Positions 47,739 to 57,543 of a stretch of DNA of 64,000 bases are shown here, one piece after another; the stretch's first letter is position 1, and each line of letters starts with the position of its first letter. A model generated the notes under the pieces. That model was not told the DNA's origin. It did not search any database and was given only the letters and a program-made list of their open reading frames with translations. Origin of the DNA: Alphaproteobacteria bacterium. Lineage in GTDB: Bacteria > Pseudomonadota > Alphaproteobacteria > GCA-2731375. Made by a program: the position numbers and the translations under genes. The stretch spans positions 20,668-84,667 of the forward strand of contig JAJFGG010000086.1 in NCBI GenBank assembly GCA_021776235.1. Direction: 5' to 3'.

Positions 47739-48668
47739 TCAACCCTCGGCGGAAAATATCTCCGCGAGCTGTTGTTTATCCGGCATGTCCGGTGTGCCGA
47801 TGACGATCAGGCCGGCCCGCGCGGGCGCGCGCCCCTGCCACGGCGAGATTTCAACCTCATTTCCGCTCACTTGCACCAGAAAGAACGGTTCGTCGCGCCC
47901 TTGAATGGGCACGAAGCCCTTTACCCTTAGTATGCTGCGGGGTAACGCCTCCAGACTTCGCCGTAGGGCCGCAATATCGACCGGCCCGGCCACATCCAAT
48001 GTTTCGCTGCGAAACAGCTCCCCATGATTGATTGCATGCGGATGCTGCGTCGTCTCCTCAACGGGCGCGTCAGACGGTGGCACGGCGGAGAGAAAATCAA
48101 ATGGGACCCGGGCGTGTTCGGTCTCAATGATCGGGATGTCGTCGCGTTGGGCCTCCAGCCACAGCCGGGTCGCGCGGCGCTCAGCATCATCCACCAGATC
48201 ACACTTGTTCATGATGATCAGATCCGCGGCGGCGATCTGGCGCCTGACCGTATCGCTCAGGCGCTCATCCAAGGCCCGTTGACGCAGGGTTTGCGCATCG
48301 ACCAGAACAATGACCAGATCCCGATACAATTCGGCATTCAGGGCCGCGAAATCGGCGATATTGCGCGGATCGGCGACGCCGCTGGCCTCGACGATAATCT
48401 GCTCCGGCGGATCGTCGCGCTGCAAAAGTTGCGTCAGCGCGGCCAGCAGATCGTTGCCAAGGGAGCAGCAGACGCAGCCATTGGCGAAGGTCATTGATTG
48501 ACCATTATGTTCGGTGATCAGGTCGCCATCCACGACAATATCGCCGAAATCATTGACCAGTACCGCGAACCGCACACCTGAACGGTTATTCAGAAGCTGA
48601 TTGAGAAGCGTCGTCTTGCCGGTGCCGAGAAAACCGCCAATGACCGAAAGGGGAACCGGCGCGTCCAT
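47739..48668 (-). CDS. CobW/COG0523 family GTPase metallochaperone
   Basis: GGFLGTGKTT, VNDFG, GCVCC, EASG, NKCD, RVKG. Confidence 0.92.
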   Translation of the reverse strand: MDAPVPLSVIGGFLGTGKTTLLNQLLNNRSGVRFAVLVNDFGDIVVDGDLITEHNGQSMTFANGCVCCSLGNDLLAALTQLLQRDDPPEQIIVEASGVADPRNIADFAALNAELYRDLVIVLVDAQTLRQRALDERLSDTVRRQIAAADLIIMNKCDLVDDAERRATRLWLEAQRDDIPIIETEHARVPFDFLSAVPPSDAPVEETTQHPHAINHGELFRSETLDVAGPVDIAALRRSLEALPRSILRVKGFVPIQGRDEPFFLVQVSGNEVEISPWQGRAPARAGLIVIGTPDMPDKQQLAEIFSAEG

Positions 48669-48680
48669 ATCCGTTGGTCC

Positions 48681-50330
48681 TCAGGGGCAGTCGATTTCGC
48701 TGCAGGGGAAGACTTCACCGCCGATCACGGTGCCCCAGACAGGTATGTCCTTCAACTGCATGTGGTCAACCGACAGGGGGTCGTCGTCCAGAATTGCAAA
48801 ATCGGCCCGCTTGCCCGTCTCGATCGAACCAATTTCGCTATCCAGCTTCAAGGTGAAAGCAGCCCCAAGGGTGATTGCATGCAAGGCATCCTCGACGCCA
48901 ATGCGCTCGTTCTTGCCCAGTACCCGGCCCGTGGCGGTGACCCGGTTGACCGCGCACCACGCGGTAAACAGAGGGCCGAGATGGGTGACCGGTGCATCGG
49001 AATGTATCGTGTAGGCCACGCCCAGCCTGTGCGCGGTGCCAACCGCATCCATCCGGTGCGCGCGCTCGGGCCCCATGGTGTGGGCATAATGTTGATCGCC
49101 CCAGTAATAGAGGTGGTTGGCGAAAAGGTTGACGCAAATGCCCAGCCGCGCCATGCGGCGGAAATGGGCATCATGGGCCATTTGGCAATGCTGCAATGTG
49201 AAACGCGCGTCGGCGTCAGGCGACTGGCGCAGGACCTGTTCGATGCTGTCGATGGTGACTTCGGTGGCCTGATCGCCGTTGGTGTGAATATGCACCTGCA
49301 GCCCGGCCTTGTGATAGGCGGCAAGACGCTGCGGCAATTCCTCGGGGTCAATGTACCACAGGCCGTTTTCCGCCCCGTTGAAATAGCCGGGCCATTTCAA
49401 CCGGGCCGTAAAGCCCTGAATGGAACCATCCGCGACCAGTTTGACGAGGCCAAAACGCAGTTTCTCGTTGCTGCGTGGAATGAGCGAGGTGACCCATTTG
49501 ACGCCATCTTCGGCAGAGCACGACATGCCGACGAACGCGGGCACAATGCGCAGCGGAAAATCATCGCGCGCGGTCAGGGCGGCCATGCTTTCAACGGTGC
49601 CTTCAGGCAATTCATTCGCAAGGTCGGTTGCGGTCGTGACCCCGGCACGTTGTGCGGAATAGGCGAAACGCCAGAGCGAGTCGCCCTTGCCCATATCAAG
49701 AAAGCGGTCCTTGCCGGCGGCCTTATAGGCAATCTGCCGCAACGCCGGTCCCTGCAGCTCGCCGGTGGGCTGGCCATTGCCGTCCTTCATCAGCCCCTGG
49801 ACATTGGTACTTGCGGTGATGTTTCCCCGCGCCAGCAGGACAGAGTTGCCGTTGACGATATGTCCGCTGGCGTGCATCACCAGCACCGGGCGTGTGGTGG
49901 AAACGCGGTCCAGGTCGGCCAGGTTCATCCGCGGGCCGTCGAAATAGATCGGGTCGAAGCCCCATGCCATGAGCGCTTCGCCAGGGTCCGTCATGGCGGC
50001 TTCGACGTCCATAAGACGCGCCACCACTTCGTCAATGGAATCGCAGCCCGCGTGCCGAACGCCATTCGGTGCGGTGCGCGCCATATAGCCCACGAAAGTA
50101 TCTTCCCATGCACTGCCTTCCCACGAGTGCGCGTGCCCCTCGATCAGCCCGGGCATGATCACCTTGGCGGCGAACCGCTCGTCCAGCTCGTACGCACCCC
50201 AACCCGCCAGTTCCTCCAAGGGTCCTGCCCCTAGAATTCGCCCATCCCGCACCGCAACATGGCTGGCGATCGGCCGCCGGCTGTTCATGGTGATGATCTT
50301 CTTCGCGGTGTATATGGTGATTTTTGACAA
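48681..50330 (-). CDS. amidohydrolase_3 / YtcJ-like metal-dependent hydrolase
   Basis: PGLIEGHAH, KLVADGSIQGFTA, HTNGD, HC, HSDAPV, GSIExGKxADF. Start uncertain (50330-50354). Confidence 0.88.
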   Translation of the reverse strand: MSKITIYTAKKIITMNSRRPIASHVAVRDGRILGAGPLEELAGWGAYELDERFAAKVIMPGLIEGHAHSWEGSAWEDTFVGYMARTAPNGVRHAGCDSIDEVVARLMDVEAAMTDPGEALMAWGFDPIYFDGPRMNLADLDRVSTTRPVLVMHASGHIVNGNSVLLARGNITASTNVQGLMKDGNGQPTGELQGPALRQIAYKAAGKDRFLDMGKGDSLWRFAYSAQRAGVTTATDLANELPEGTVESMAALTARDDFPLRIVPAFVGMSCSAEDGVKWVTSLIPRSNEKLRFGLVKLVADGSIQGFTARLKWPGYFNGAENGLWYIDPEELPQRLAAYHKAGLQVHIHTNGDQATEVTIDSIEQVLRQSPDADARFTLQHCQMAHDAHFRRMARLGICVNLFANHLYYWGDQHYAHTMGPERAHRMDAVGTAHRLGVAYTIHSDAPVTHLGPLFTAWCAVNRVTATGRVLGKNERIGVEDALHAITLGAAFTLKLDSEIGSIETGKRADFAILDDDPLSVDHMQLKDIPVWGTVIGGEVFPCSEIDCP

Positions 50331-50671
50331 AGGATATGAACTTTCATGGAGCAAATCAGGCCAAATAAAGGCTCAGGACCTGACGGTGGGTTCGATCCTG
50401 TCAGAGCAAGTTAGCAGGCCCGCCTGAAAACGGCTGATCGATGAGCCATAATCATATACTCCGGTTGCATGCTCGGAAATCATAAAAGCAGCGGCCATGG
50501 CAGAGGACCCTGGCGCCAATCCGTATCGTGGACAATTTCGCCCGGTTCAGGCAGCGCAAGATGGTGTTAGATCAACAAGGCGTTCGAGGATTGCGTTGCC
50601 TGGCGCTGCCAAATTAATATGATCGGAGATATTTCAGAATATTCGGAAAATTCCGGTTAGATGGGAACAGC

Positions 50672-51802
50672 ATGAATTTCGATTTTTCAGAAGAGCAGTA
50701 TTTGCTGCGGGATCAAGCGCGGAAATTTTTGGACGACCGTTCGCCGCCGGCCGCGGTGCGTGCGGTTCTCGAGGACGAAGCAATCGCCTATGACCAGGGG
50801 CTCTGGCGCGGGATGGCAGAGCTTGGCTGGGTCGGCACCACGGTGCCCGAGGAATATGGCGGCGCCGGCCTGAGCGGCGAGGACCTGTGTGTCATCGCCG
50901 AGGAGTTGGGGCGAACCCTGGCGCCGACGCCGTTTTCTTCCTCGGTCTATTTGGCGACGGAGGCATTGTTGATGGCGGGCAGCGAGCTGCAAAAGCAGCA
51001 ATATCTGCCGGCCCTGGCGGCGGGTGAGCGGATCGGCTGCATGGCCGTGTCGGAGGGCGTCGGCGTGGCCAATGCGGCCTCTATGCAAACGTTGGCAATC
51101 GACGGCGTGATCGAGGGAACGAAGGTGCCGGTCGCGGACGGTGATGTTGCGGATTTCGCGGTTGTCCTTGCGGGTCCGGGAGGCGGCGGTGATCCATCGC
51201 TTTTTCTTGTTGACCTTGATGACCACAGCGTCAGCCGCAAACCGGTGGAAATGATCGACCCGACCCGGTCCCATGTGGAGATTACATTTGATAAAGCCGG
51301 TGCCGAACCCCTTGGCGAAGCGGGCCAAGGCTGGACCATCACCCGGGCGGTTTTCGACCGCGCCGCGATCCTGATGGCGTTCGAACAGGTTGGCGGCGCG
51401 CAGGCCTGCCTCGATATGGCGACGGAGTACGCCCGGAACCGTTTCGCCTTTGGACGGGCGATCGGTTCGTTCCAGGCCATCAAGCATAAATTGGCGGATA
51501 TCTATATCGCGACGGAACTGGCCCGCGCCAATGCCTATTACGGCGCCTGGGCGCTGGCGACGGATGCGCCCGATCTGCCAACGGCCGCCGCCGCGGCGCG
51601 GGTGGCGGCCAGCGAGGCCTACAATCTGGCGGCCCGGGAAAACATCCAAACCCATGGCGGCATGGGCTTCACCTGGGAATTCGACTGTCATTTGTACTAT
51701 CGGCGGGCCAAATTGCTTTCTCTTGCCCTGGGCGGCGAGCGGCTTTGGAAAGACCGGCTGGTCAGCCATTTGGAAGCCCGCAACAGCGGCGGAGAGGTGT
51801 AA
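50672..51802 (+). CDS. acyl-CoA dehydrogenase family protein (short partner subunit)
   Basis: MNFDFSEEQ, PEEYGGAG, DPTR, FGRAIGSFQAIKH, QTHGGMGFTWE. Confidence 0.9.
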   Translation: MNFDFSEEQYLLRDQARKFLDDRSPPAAVRAVLEDEAIAYDQGLWRGMAELGWVGTTVPEEYGGAGLSGEDLCVIAEELGRTLAPTPFSSSVYLATEALLMAGSELQKQQYLPALAAGERIGCMAVSEGVGVANAASMQTLAIDGVIEGTKVPVADGDVADFAVVLAGPGGGGDPSLFLVDLDDHSVSRKPVEMIDPTRSHVEITFDKAGAEPLGEAGQGWTITRAVFDRAAILMAFEQVGGAQACLDMATEYARNRFAFGRAIGSFQAIKHKLADIYIATELARANAYYGAWALATDAPDLPTAAAAARVAASEAYNLAARENIQTHGGMGFTWEFDCHLYYRRAKLLSLALGGERLWKDRLVSHLEARNSGGEV

Positions 51803-51807
51803 GGGCC

Positions 51808-53034
51808 ATGGATTTCAACGATACACCGGATGAAGCCGAATTTCGCGCCGAAGCCCGCGCTTGGCTGGAACGCAATGCCGAGCCCAAAACCCCGGGCGCG
51901 GTATACAAATACAAGCGCGGCGAACCGGAGCTCATCCCCGCGGCGCGGGCCTGGGAGGCGAAGAAATTCGAGGGCGGCTTTGCCGGTATCGCTTTGCCCA
52001 AGGAATACGGCGGCCGTGGTGAAACACGATTACAGCAGATTATCTTTGCGGAGGAAGAAGCCGACTTTCTGATCCCGCCGCCCATCTTCAGCATCAGCCA
52101 CGGCATGGCGGTGCCGACCATGTTGACCTATGCGACCGAGGAACAAAAGCAGCGCTATGTGCCGGCCACCCTGCGCGGCGATGAAATCTGGTGTCAGCTG
52201 TTTTCCGAACCCGCGGGGGGATCGGATCTTGCCGGACTGCGGACCCGCGCGGTGCGCGATGGCGATGACTGGGTCATCAACGGCCAGAAGATCTGGACCT
52301 CGGGCGCGCATTACGCGGATATGGCGATCATGGTCACCCGCAGCGACCCCGAAGCGCCAAAGCACAAGGGGCTGACCTATTTCTTCTTCGATATGAAGTC
52401 GCCTGGAATAGACATTCGGCCCATTCGGCAGATTTCCGGATATGCGAATTTCAACGAGGTCTTCATGACCGATCTGCGTATTCCGGATTCCCAGCGCCTG
52501 GGCGATGTCGGGCAGGGCTGGCAGGTGGCGATCACGACTTTGATGAACGAACGGGTAAGCTCGGGCATCCGCCCGGCCCCCGATTTCGAGGACATTTTCG
52601 CTTTGGCCCGGACCACCGAACTCGAGAACGGTCCGGCGATCGCGGACGCGGCGGTTCGCGAGAAGCTTGCCGATTGGTATATCAAGGCCCAGGGCGTGAA
52701 GCTGATCCGGGCCCGTTTGATGACGGCGCTGTCCCGGGGCGAGCGGCCCGGCCCCGAGAATTCCGTCTCCAAGCTTGTATCCAGCTTCCGGCGTCAGGAA
52801 ATTGCCCATTTCGGCATGGATCTGCTGGACATGGGCGGTGGGATCATGGACCCGGAAATGGCGCCCATGCGGGCGATGTACCAACAGGCCCTGCTGGATG
52901 CGCCGGGCGGCAGGATCGCCGCGGGATCGGACGAAATTCTACGCAATATCATCAGCGAACGGGTGCTTGGCCTACCCCCCGACATCCGCGTCGACAAGGA
53001 ATTGCCGTTTGATCAGCTTCCAAGCGGCAGCTAG
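51808..53034 (+). CDS. acyl-CoA dehydrogenase family protein
   Basis: WCQLFSEPxxGSDLA, NGQKIWTS, FNEVF, LMNER, GSDEILRNII. Tandem with the previous gene, consistent with an alpha2beta2 ACAD pair. Confidence 0.9.
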   Translation: MDFNDTPDEAEFRAEARAWLERNAEPKTPGAVYKYKRGEPELIPAARAWEAKKFEGGFAGIALPKEYGGRGETRLQQIIFAEEEADFLIPPPIFSISHGMAVPTMLTYATEEQKQRYVPATLRGDEIWCQLFSEPAGGSDLAGLRTRAVRDGDDWVINGQKIWTSGAHYADMAIMVTRSDPEAPKHKGLTYFFFDMKSPGIDIRPIRQISGYANFNEVFMTDLRIPDSQRLGDVGQGWQVAITTLMNERVSSGIRPAPDFEDIFALARTTELENGPAIADAAVREKLADWYIKAQGVKLIRARLMTALSRGERPGPENSVSKLVSSFRRQEIAHFGMDLLDMGGGIMDPEMAPMRAMYQQALLDAPGGRIAAGSDEILRNIISERVLGLPPDIRVDKELPFDQLPSGS

Positions 53035-53039
53035 GGCGG

Positions 53040-53255
53040 CAGGTAGAGGCTCTCAGGCAGTCACTTCCCCCTGCAAAGGCTCAACAGGCCTGGGCGATGA
53101 GCGGCCTCGCATCGCGCTTGCAGGGCCGTTATCGTAAGCACTCACATCCGCAACACCCGGCAACGGCGCTGCGAAAACTAGGCTGGAAGAGGCAACGAAC
53201 TTATGGCCATGGGCGAGGATGCAGGTTCCGTCTCCCGCCAGGGGCAGCCGCCTAG
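53040..53255 (+). pseudogene. probable remnant of a small phage/integrative-element protein
   Basis: Manual translation QVEALRQSLPPAKAQQAWAMSGLASRLQGRYRKHSHPQHPATALRKLGWKRQRTYGHGRGCRFRLPP*. It recalls small mobile-element hypothetical proteins, but this is from memory and unverified. No clear start. Confidence 0.3.
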
Positions 53256-53463
53256 CCCAAATCGATGTCCGTTATGGCTGCAATATTGTTGAAGAAAACC
53301 TATTTTTGGGCGTCTGAAAAGTCTCAGCCTCATATTCAAGGCGTACGCACAGTGCACGGGACGGGCTAAAATCGAGCCGGGGATATGCTTAAAGTCTCCC
53401 TGGACCTGTGGGGGAGATAAAGCGTCGCGCACTGCGGCATGAGGACGGCGGTGAGGGAAGGGT

Positions 53464-53802
53464 ATGATTAGGAAAACCAAAGATGTCGTGCTGAATTGCG
53501 AAGAGGAATTTGGATCCGAGTGGAACTGGATGCCAAAGAAACTGGTCGATCTAGTCCCCTGGGTTGAGAAATACCTCAGATTGGTGCCGGAGGAGTATCG
53601 GGATAGTGCAGCCTTTGAAACCGTCAGTTTTCAAGATTCGCGCAGGAATTATTGCTTGAATGTGAAGGTCCATTTCCAGAGGCCCGAGACCGATGAAGAG
53701 ATGGAAGCGCGCATTGCGGACGAGGAAGCACAAGAACTGGAACAGCAGAGAGCGGAAAGACAAATGCTGGAGGACCTTAAGGAGAAATTTAATGATCGCT
53801 GA
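53464..53802 (+). CDS. hypothetical acidic protein with C-terminal coiled coil
   Basis: 112-aa ORF with GAGGGAAGG RBS and an RPETDEE...charged helix. Lies in a visibly more AT-rich patch next to the tRNA. Confidence 0.65.
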   Translation: MIRKTKDVVLNCEEEFGSEWNWMPKKLVDLVPWVEKYLRLVPEEYRDSAAFETVSFQDSRRNYCLNVKVHFQRPETDEEMEARIADEEAQELEQQRAERQMLEDLKEKFNDR

Positions 53803-54125
53803 CGACCGGTTATGGGACACAGCGCCTGTAGTGGCTCGAGACTGCGACTTCCGCTCTTACCCCAATAGATTTTGCAAGCATCGGGGTCTCGTCTTGAATC
53901 TTGCAAAGAAAATTCCAGCAATCTAATCCCGGGGCGGGCAACCGGTCTAGTTTGATGACTGACTTGAGGGATTGGTGACGTTTCGTACCGGACACATGGG
54001 TAACGCTTTGTAGTTTTTTCCGAAGCTGGCGGTGTTGATGCCGTCGAAGGAGAGTTCGTGTCACGTTGACGCTGCACTATAATCGTACTTAGTGCATTGT
54101 TGCCGCATCCTACAAATTTGAGATT

Positions 54126-54202
54126 TGGCGCGCCCGGGAAGATTCGAACTCCCAACCTCCTGATCCGTAGTCAGACGCTCTATCCAGTTGAGCTACGGGC
54201 GC
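54126..54202 (-). tRNA. tRNA-Arg (anticodon ACG), 77 nt with encoded CCA
   Basis: Reverse complement GCGCCCGTAGCTCAACTGGATAGAGCGTCTGACTACGGATCAGGAGGTTGGGAGTTCGAATCTTCCCGGGCGCGCCA gives a full cloverleaf with a TTCGAAT T-loop. Confidence 0.97.
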
Positions 54203-54613
54203 GCAACCGCCAGACCGCAGGGCGGGGGAAGCGGAGTGGCTTACCTAACCAAAAGGCCGGGCCAAGGCAAGCGCCTTGGAGCTGGCGGGCGAGAATATTT
54301 TCCCGTGCCGCGCAAAATGGCTTTGCCGGATATCGCCTGAACATTGCTTGTCCGGGCTCCGTGCATTGGTTAATCTCCGTCACGATCACACATTGTAAAG
54401 GTTAATGCGGTTAATTTTAGTATTCGGGGGCCGTTGCCTAAATGTCATAGGTTGGTGCTGCAGGCTTTTTTTTGCATAAAACATGCGAATTTGCCTGTAT
54501 CCTTGTGGCCGAATCGACTATGACTGAAATTGACTGACGAAACGGTCACCCGCGTGGCCAGGGTATTAAGGACCTCAGGCTAAATGGTTTTTTGGGTTCG
54601 CCTGTCAGGGAGA

Positions 54614-55783
54614 GTGAATTTGCGCAGGTCGACAGGTGCTGTCCTAGGGGCGGCAATCTTGCTTTCAGGGTGTTCTTTCAGCTCCGAATCGTTGTGGCCG
54701 TCTTTGACGGGTGACGAGCCGGCGGGCACCTCATCGCAAAGGATCAACGTTCCGCCCTCGCAGGCCGAGCAGAACAGCCAGCCCACCTTTAGCGCGCCGC
54801 CGCCGCCCGCGATGGCGTCGGCGCCGGCACCAAGCATGGTCGCCAGCGGACAGCCAACGGGTACCCTGGTCGGACAAAAGGTTGCTCAATTGCGCGGCGA
54901 ATTGCAGCGTCTGAAAGGACAGCTCGGGCAACAGAACGCGCAATTACAGCAGATCCGTCAGATGACGACGAACAATGCCCAGCGTTATCATGGCACCGTG
55001 GCCGCCATCGGCGCCCGGCTGCAGTTGGGCACCACGCCGGGCAATCCCATTCTGGTCAACCAATGGAACGCCGCCCAGGCGGAGCTGGACCGGATCAGTG
55101 GCGATATCGCGACCATGAACAGTCTGGCCAATCAGATCGCCTCTAATTCCGCCCTGGCCACCTACGTTCTGGGCTCCGCCCGCGAAGCTTACGGCCTGAC
55201 CGGCGCCATTGATGAAGATCACCGGCAACTGGCGTTGCTGGAGGACGAGACCAACCGCGCCGTGGTCCTGATCGACCGTCTGTTGAGCGAGATCAATGAG
55301 GACGTGGCCCGGCAGACCTCGTATGTGGCCGGAGAGCGCAGCAATTTGACCACCCTGTCGGCCTCTATCAAGAACGGTGAATTGCACGGCAGCAGCCTGC
55401 TGGCCCGGGCGTTTAGCGCCGGCGCGCAACCGGCGACGTTTTCAACCTCGAGCACACCGCGCCGCGGCTTTGTCGCCGGCGGCCGGCAGCCACTTGTGGT
55501 AATCCGCTTTGACCGGCCGAACGTGCCTTATCAACAGGCCCTCTACACCGCGGTGGCAAAGACCATGCAGGTGCGGCCGGAGGCAAACTTCGACCTGGTC
55601 GCCGTTACACCCAACCGGGGCAGTGCTTCGGAACAGGCCATGGCCCAATCGACTATCAAGAAGCATACCAACAGCGTGCTGAAATCATTGATGGACATGG
55701 GCCTGCCCGCCAGCCGGATCTCGCTTTCCGCGTCCTCGTCCGCCTCGGCGGCCAGCAACGAAGTGCACATCTATATCCGCTAG
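54614..55783 (+). CDS. hypothetical lipoprotein with long coiled coil and small C-terminal alpha/beta domain
   Basis: Lipobox LSGC, Pro/Ala linker, Gln-rich heptad region, C-terminal LVVIRF...EVHIYIR. Start 54584 or GTG 54614. Confidence 0.75.
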   Translation: MNLRRSTGAVLGAAILLSGCSFSSESLWPSLTGDEPAGTSSQRINVPPSQAEQNSQPTFSAPPPPAMASAPAPSMVASGQPTGTLVGQKVAQLRGELQRLKGQLGQQNAQLQQIRQMTTNNAQRYHGTVAAIGARLQLGTTPGNPILVNQWNAAQAELDRISGDIATMNSLANQIASNSALATYVLGSAREAYGLTGAIDEDHRQLALLEDETNRAVVLIDRLLSEINEDVARQTSYVAGERSNLTTLSASIKNGELHGSSLLARAFSAGAQPATFSTSSTPRRGFVAGGRQPLVVIRFDRPNVPYQQALYTAVAKTMQVRPEANFDLVAVTPNRGSASEQAMAQSTIKKHTNSVLKSLMDMGLPASRISLSASSSASAASNEVHIYIR

Positions 55784-56007
55784 GGTCATTGTCGCTCACG
55801 CTTGTGCGCCATGCGCACCGCTCCGCGAGGGCGGCGCAGGGGCGCCGGGCCGCCGTCGCGGCCTTGGCGCATAATGTAAAGCTGTGATGAATGCCTGGCT
55901 GGCCCGGTGACGGTTCAGCAATTGCGGAAATGCTCTCGCCAAGCCGGCAAATCCCAGGGCCGGCGCGACGAGCACCGCCGTCACCCATTCCGTAGCGCGA
56001 AGATGGC

Positions 56008-56319
56008 TTAGCTTTTCACTTCGCTGATCTGGATGTCCGGCTGGATATCCGTGTAGTTGGGGATATCCGCCATGATCGCCTCGGCATGGGGGCCAAAGGC
56101 TGCTTGAAAGCTATCGACCGAATCAAAATACAGATGGCCCATGGCGATAAAAGCCGCCGGCGCGCCGGGCGCGCCGCCGGCCAGACCCTGGTCCACCTCG
56201 GACTTGCTGCAGGCCGCGCCCACTTTCTCCAGCACCATGGGTATGTGGCTGTTGCAATAGTAATCCATGTCGAATTTCTTGCCGTCTTCGTTGGCGTAAA
56301 GCACACTGACCTTGATCAT
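56008..56319 (-). CDS. EthD family reductase
   Basis: MIKVSVLY...FDMDYYxxxHxP...DIPNYTDIQPxIQISEV. Confidence 0.88.
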   Translation of the reverse strand: MIKVSVLYANEDGKKFDMDYYCNSHIPMVLEKVGAACSKSEVDQGLAGGAPGAPAAFIAMGHLYFDSVDSFQAAFGPHAEAIMADIPNYTDIQPDIQISEVKS

Positions 56320-56400
56320 CTGGCTGATTTCCCTGTCAAGATTTTCCTGAATGGCGATTATAAGACCATATTCCAACCTGTCAGATCACAATGTCGCAAT

Positions 56401-56423
56401 CACAATAGCCCGGAAATGCTCTA
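56401..56423. repeat. solo terminal repeat of the 4856-5120 element
   Basis: CACAATAGCCCGGAAATGCTCTA is the exact reverse complement of 4857-4879. It overlaps the TAG stop of the LLM gene. Confidence 0.75.
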
Positions 56424-57416
56424 ACTTGGGGCGCAAGCTCTGATAGCGGCCTCGAAGGTGGCCTTGGCGCCGGCGCCGCGGGCAAAGGGGCTGATGATGG
56501 GCAGGTCGATGCCCGATTGCCGGTAGGCCTCCAGACGTTCGCGGCATTGGGCCGGCGTGCCAACGATGGATGTGGCATCGATCATGGCGTCGCTGACCAA
56601 ACCTTCCGCCCCGGCCTGATCGCCCCGGGCCCAGGCCTGGGCGATGGCGGCGGCTTCCTCGGCAAAACCATGTTCCGCGATCAGCTTGTTGTAGCGGGGA
56701 AAAAAACCCGCATAGAAGGCCAGGCCGGGCCGCATCACATCCAGCGCGTCCTGGCGGTTGTCCGCCACGGCGGTTGGCAATAGGGACGTCACGGCGATTT
56801 TACTTGGGTCACGGCCTGTTTCCTTGGCCCCCTCGGCAAGGCGTTTTTTGACTTCGGCGCCGGTCTTCAAGGTGCTGCGGGTCAGGATTATGCCATCGGC
56901 GATCTCGCCGCATACCGCCATCATTTTGGGAAATACGGCCGCGGCATAGATGGGGATGTCCGGCCGGCGGGGCGTGAACCACAGGTCAAAATTCTCTATC
57001 CGTACCGTCTTGCCGTCATAGTGCGCCTGGCCGGTCTGTAACAGCATGCGAATGATCTCGACGCTCTCGCGCAGGCGGGTGATGGGTTTGGCGTAGGCCA
57101 CGCCATGTTCGGGCACCACCTGAACCTTGTGGGAGGAACCAAGACCGAGGATGAAGCGCCCGTTTGACAGATCATCCACCGTCGCCGCGGCCATCGCAAT
57201 GGTTGGGATAGAGCGCACATAGACGCTGGAGATGGCGGTGCCCAGCTGGATGCTCGAGGTCCGCATGGCGCAACCGGTCAGGACCGAGAATTGATCGCCC
57301 CCATGGCCTTCCGCCACCCAGGCCGATTCATAGCCAAGGGTTTCCGCCAGGGTGACCAGATCAACGATTTCCGAAGGATTGGGGCCGCCGGAGACGGCGA
57401 TACCTAGTCGCGACAT
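56421..57416 (-). CDS. LLM-class flavin/F420-dependent oxidoreductase (Mer-like)
   Basis: AExLGYESAWVAE, LGTAI, DDLSNGRFILGLG, PIYxAA, GEIADG, GTPxxCxERL. Confidence 0.85.
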   Translation of the reverse strand: MSRLGIAVSGGPNPSEIVDLVTLAETLGYESAWVAEGHGGDQFSVLTGCAMRTSSIQLGTAISSVYVRSIPTIAMAAATVDDLSNGRFILGLGSSHKVQVVPEHGVAYAKPITRLRESVEIIRMLLQTGQAHYDGKTVRIENFDLWFTPRRPDIPIYAAAVFPKMMAVCGEIADGIILTRSTLKTGAEVKKRLAEGAKETGRDPSKIAVTSLLPTAVADNRQDALDVMRPGLAFYAGFFPRYNKLIAEHGFAEEAAAIAQAWARGDQAGAEGLVSDAMIDATSIVGTPAQCRERLEAYRQSGIDLPIISPFARGAGAKATFEAAIRACAPS

Positions 57417-57543
57417 GATGTCAATGCTCCCTGATATTGATCTGTTTTATGCGCCGGCCCGGCCCACCTTCGACCGCAAGCTGCCTGTCGCCGATGGCGG
57501 GCGGCAGCCCGGTGGAAGTGGTCAGGATTATGCCCCATTGGCA

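Noticed and set aside
48762-50234. 490-aa plus-strand ORF
   Set aside because: Antisense shadow of the YtcJ-like amidohydrolase.
54097-54405. 102-aa ORF overlapping the tRNA
   Set aside because: Spurious translation of the tRNA-Arg antisense strand.
54368-54414. three GGTTAA hexamers resembling CtrA half-sites
   Set aside because: No TTAA-N7-TTAA spacing; too weak to call.
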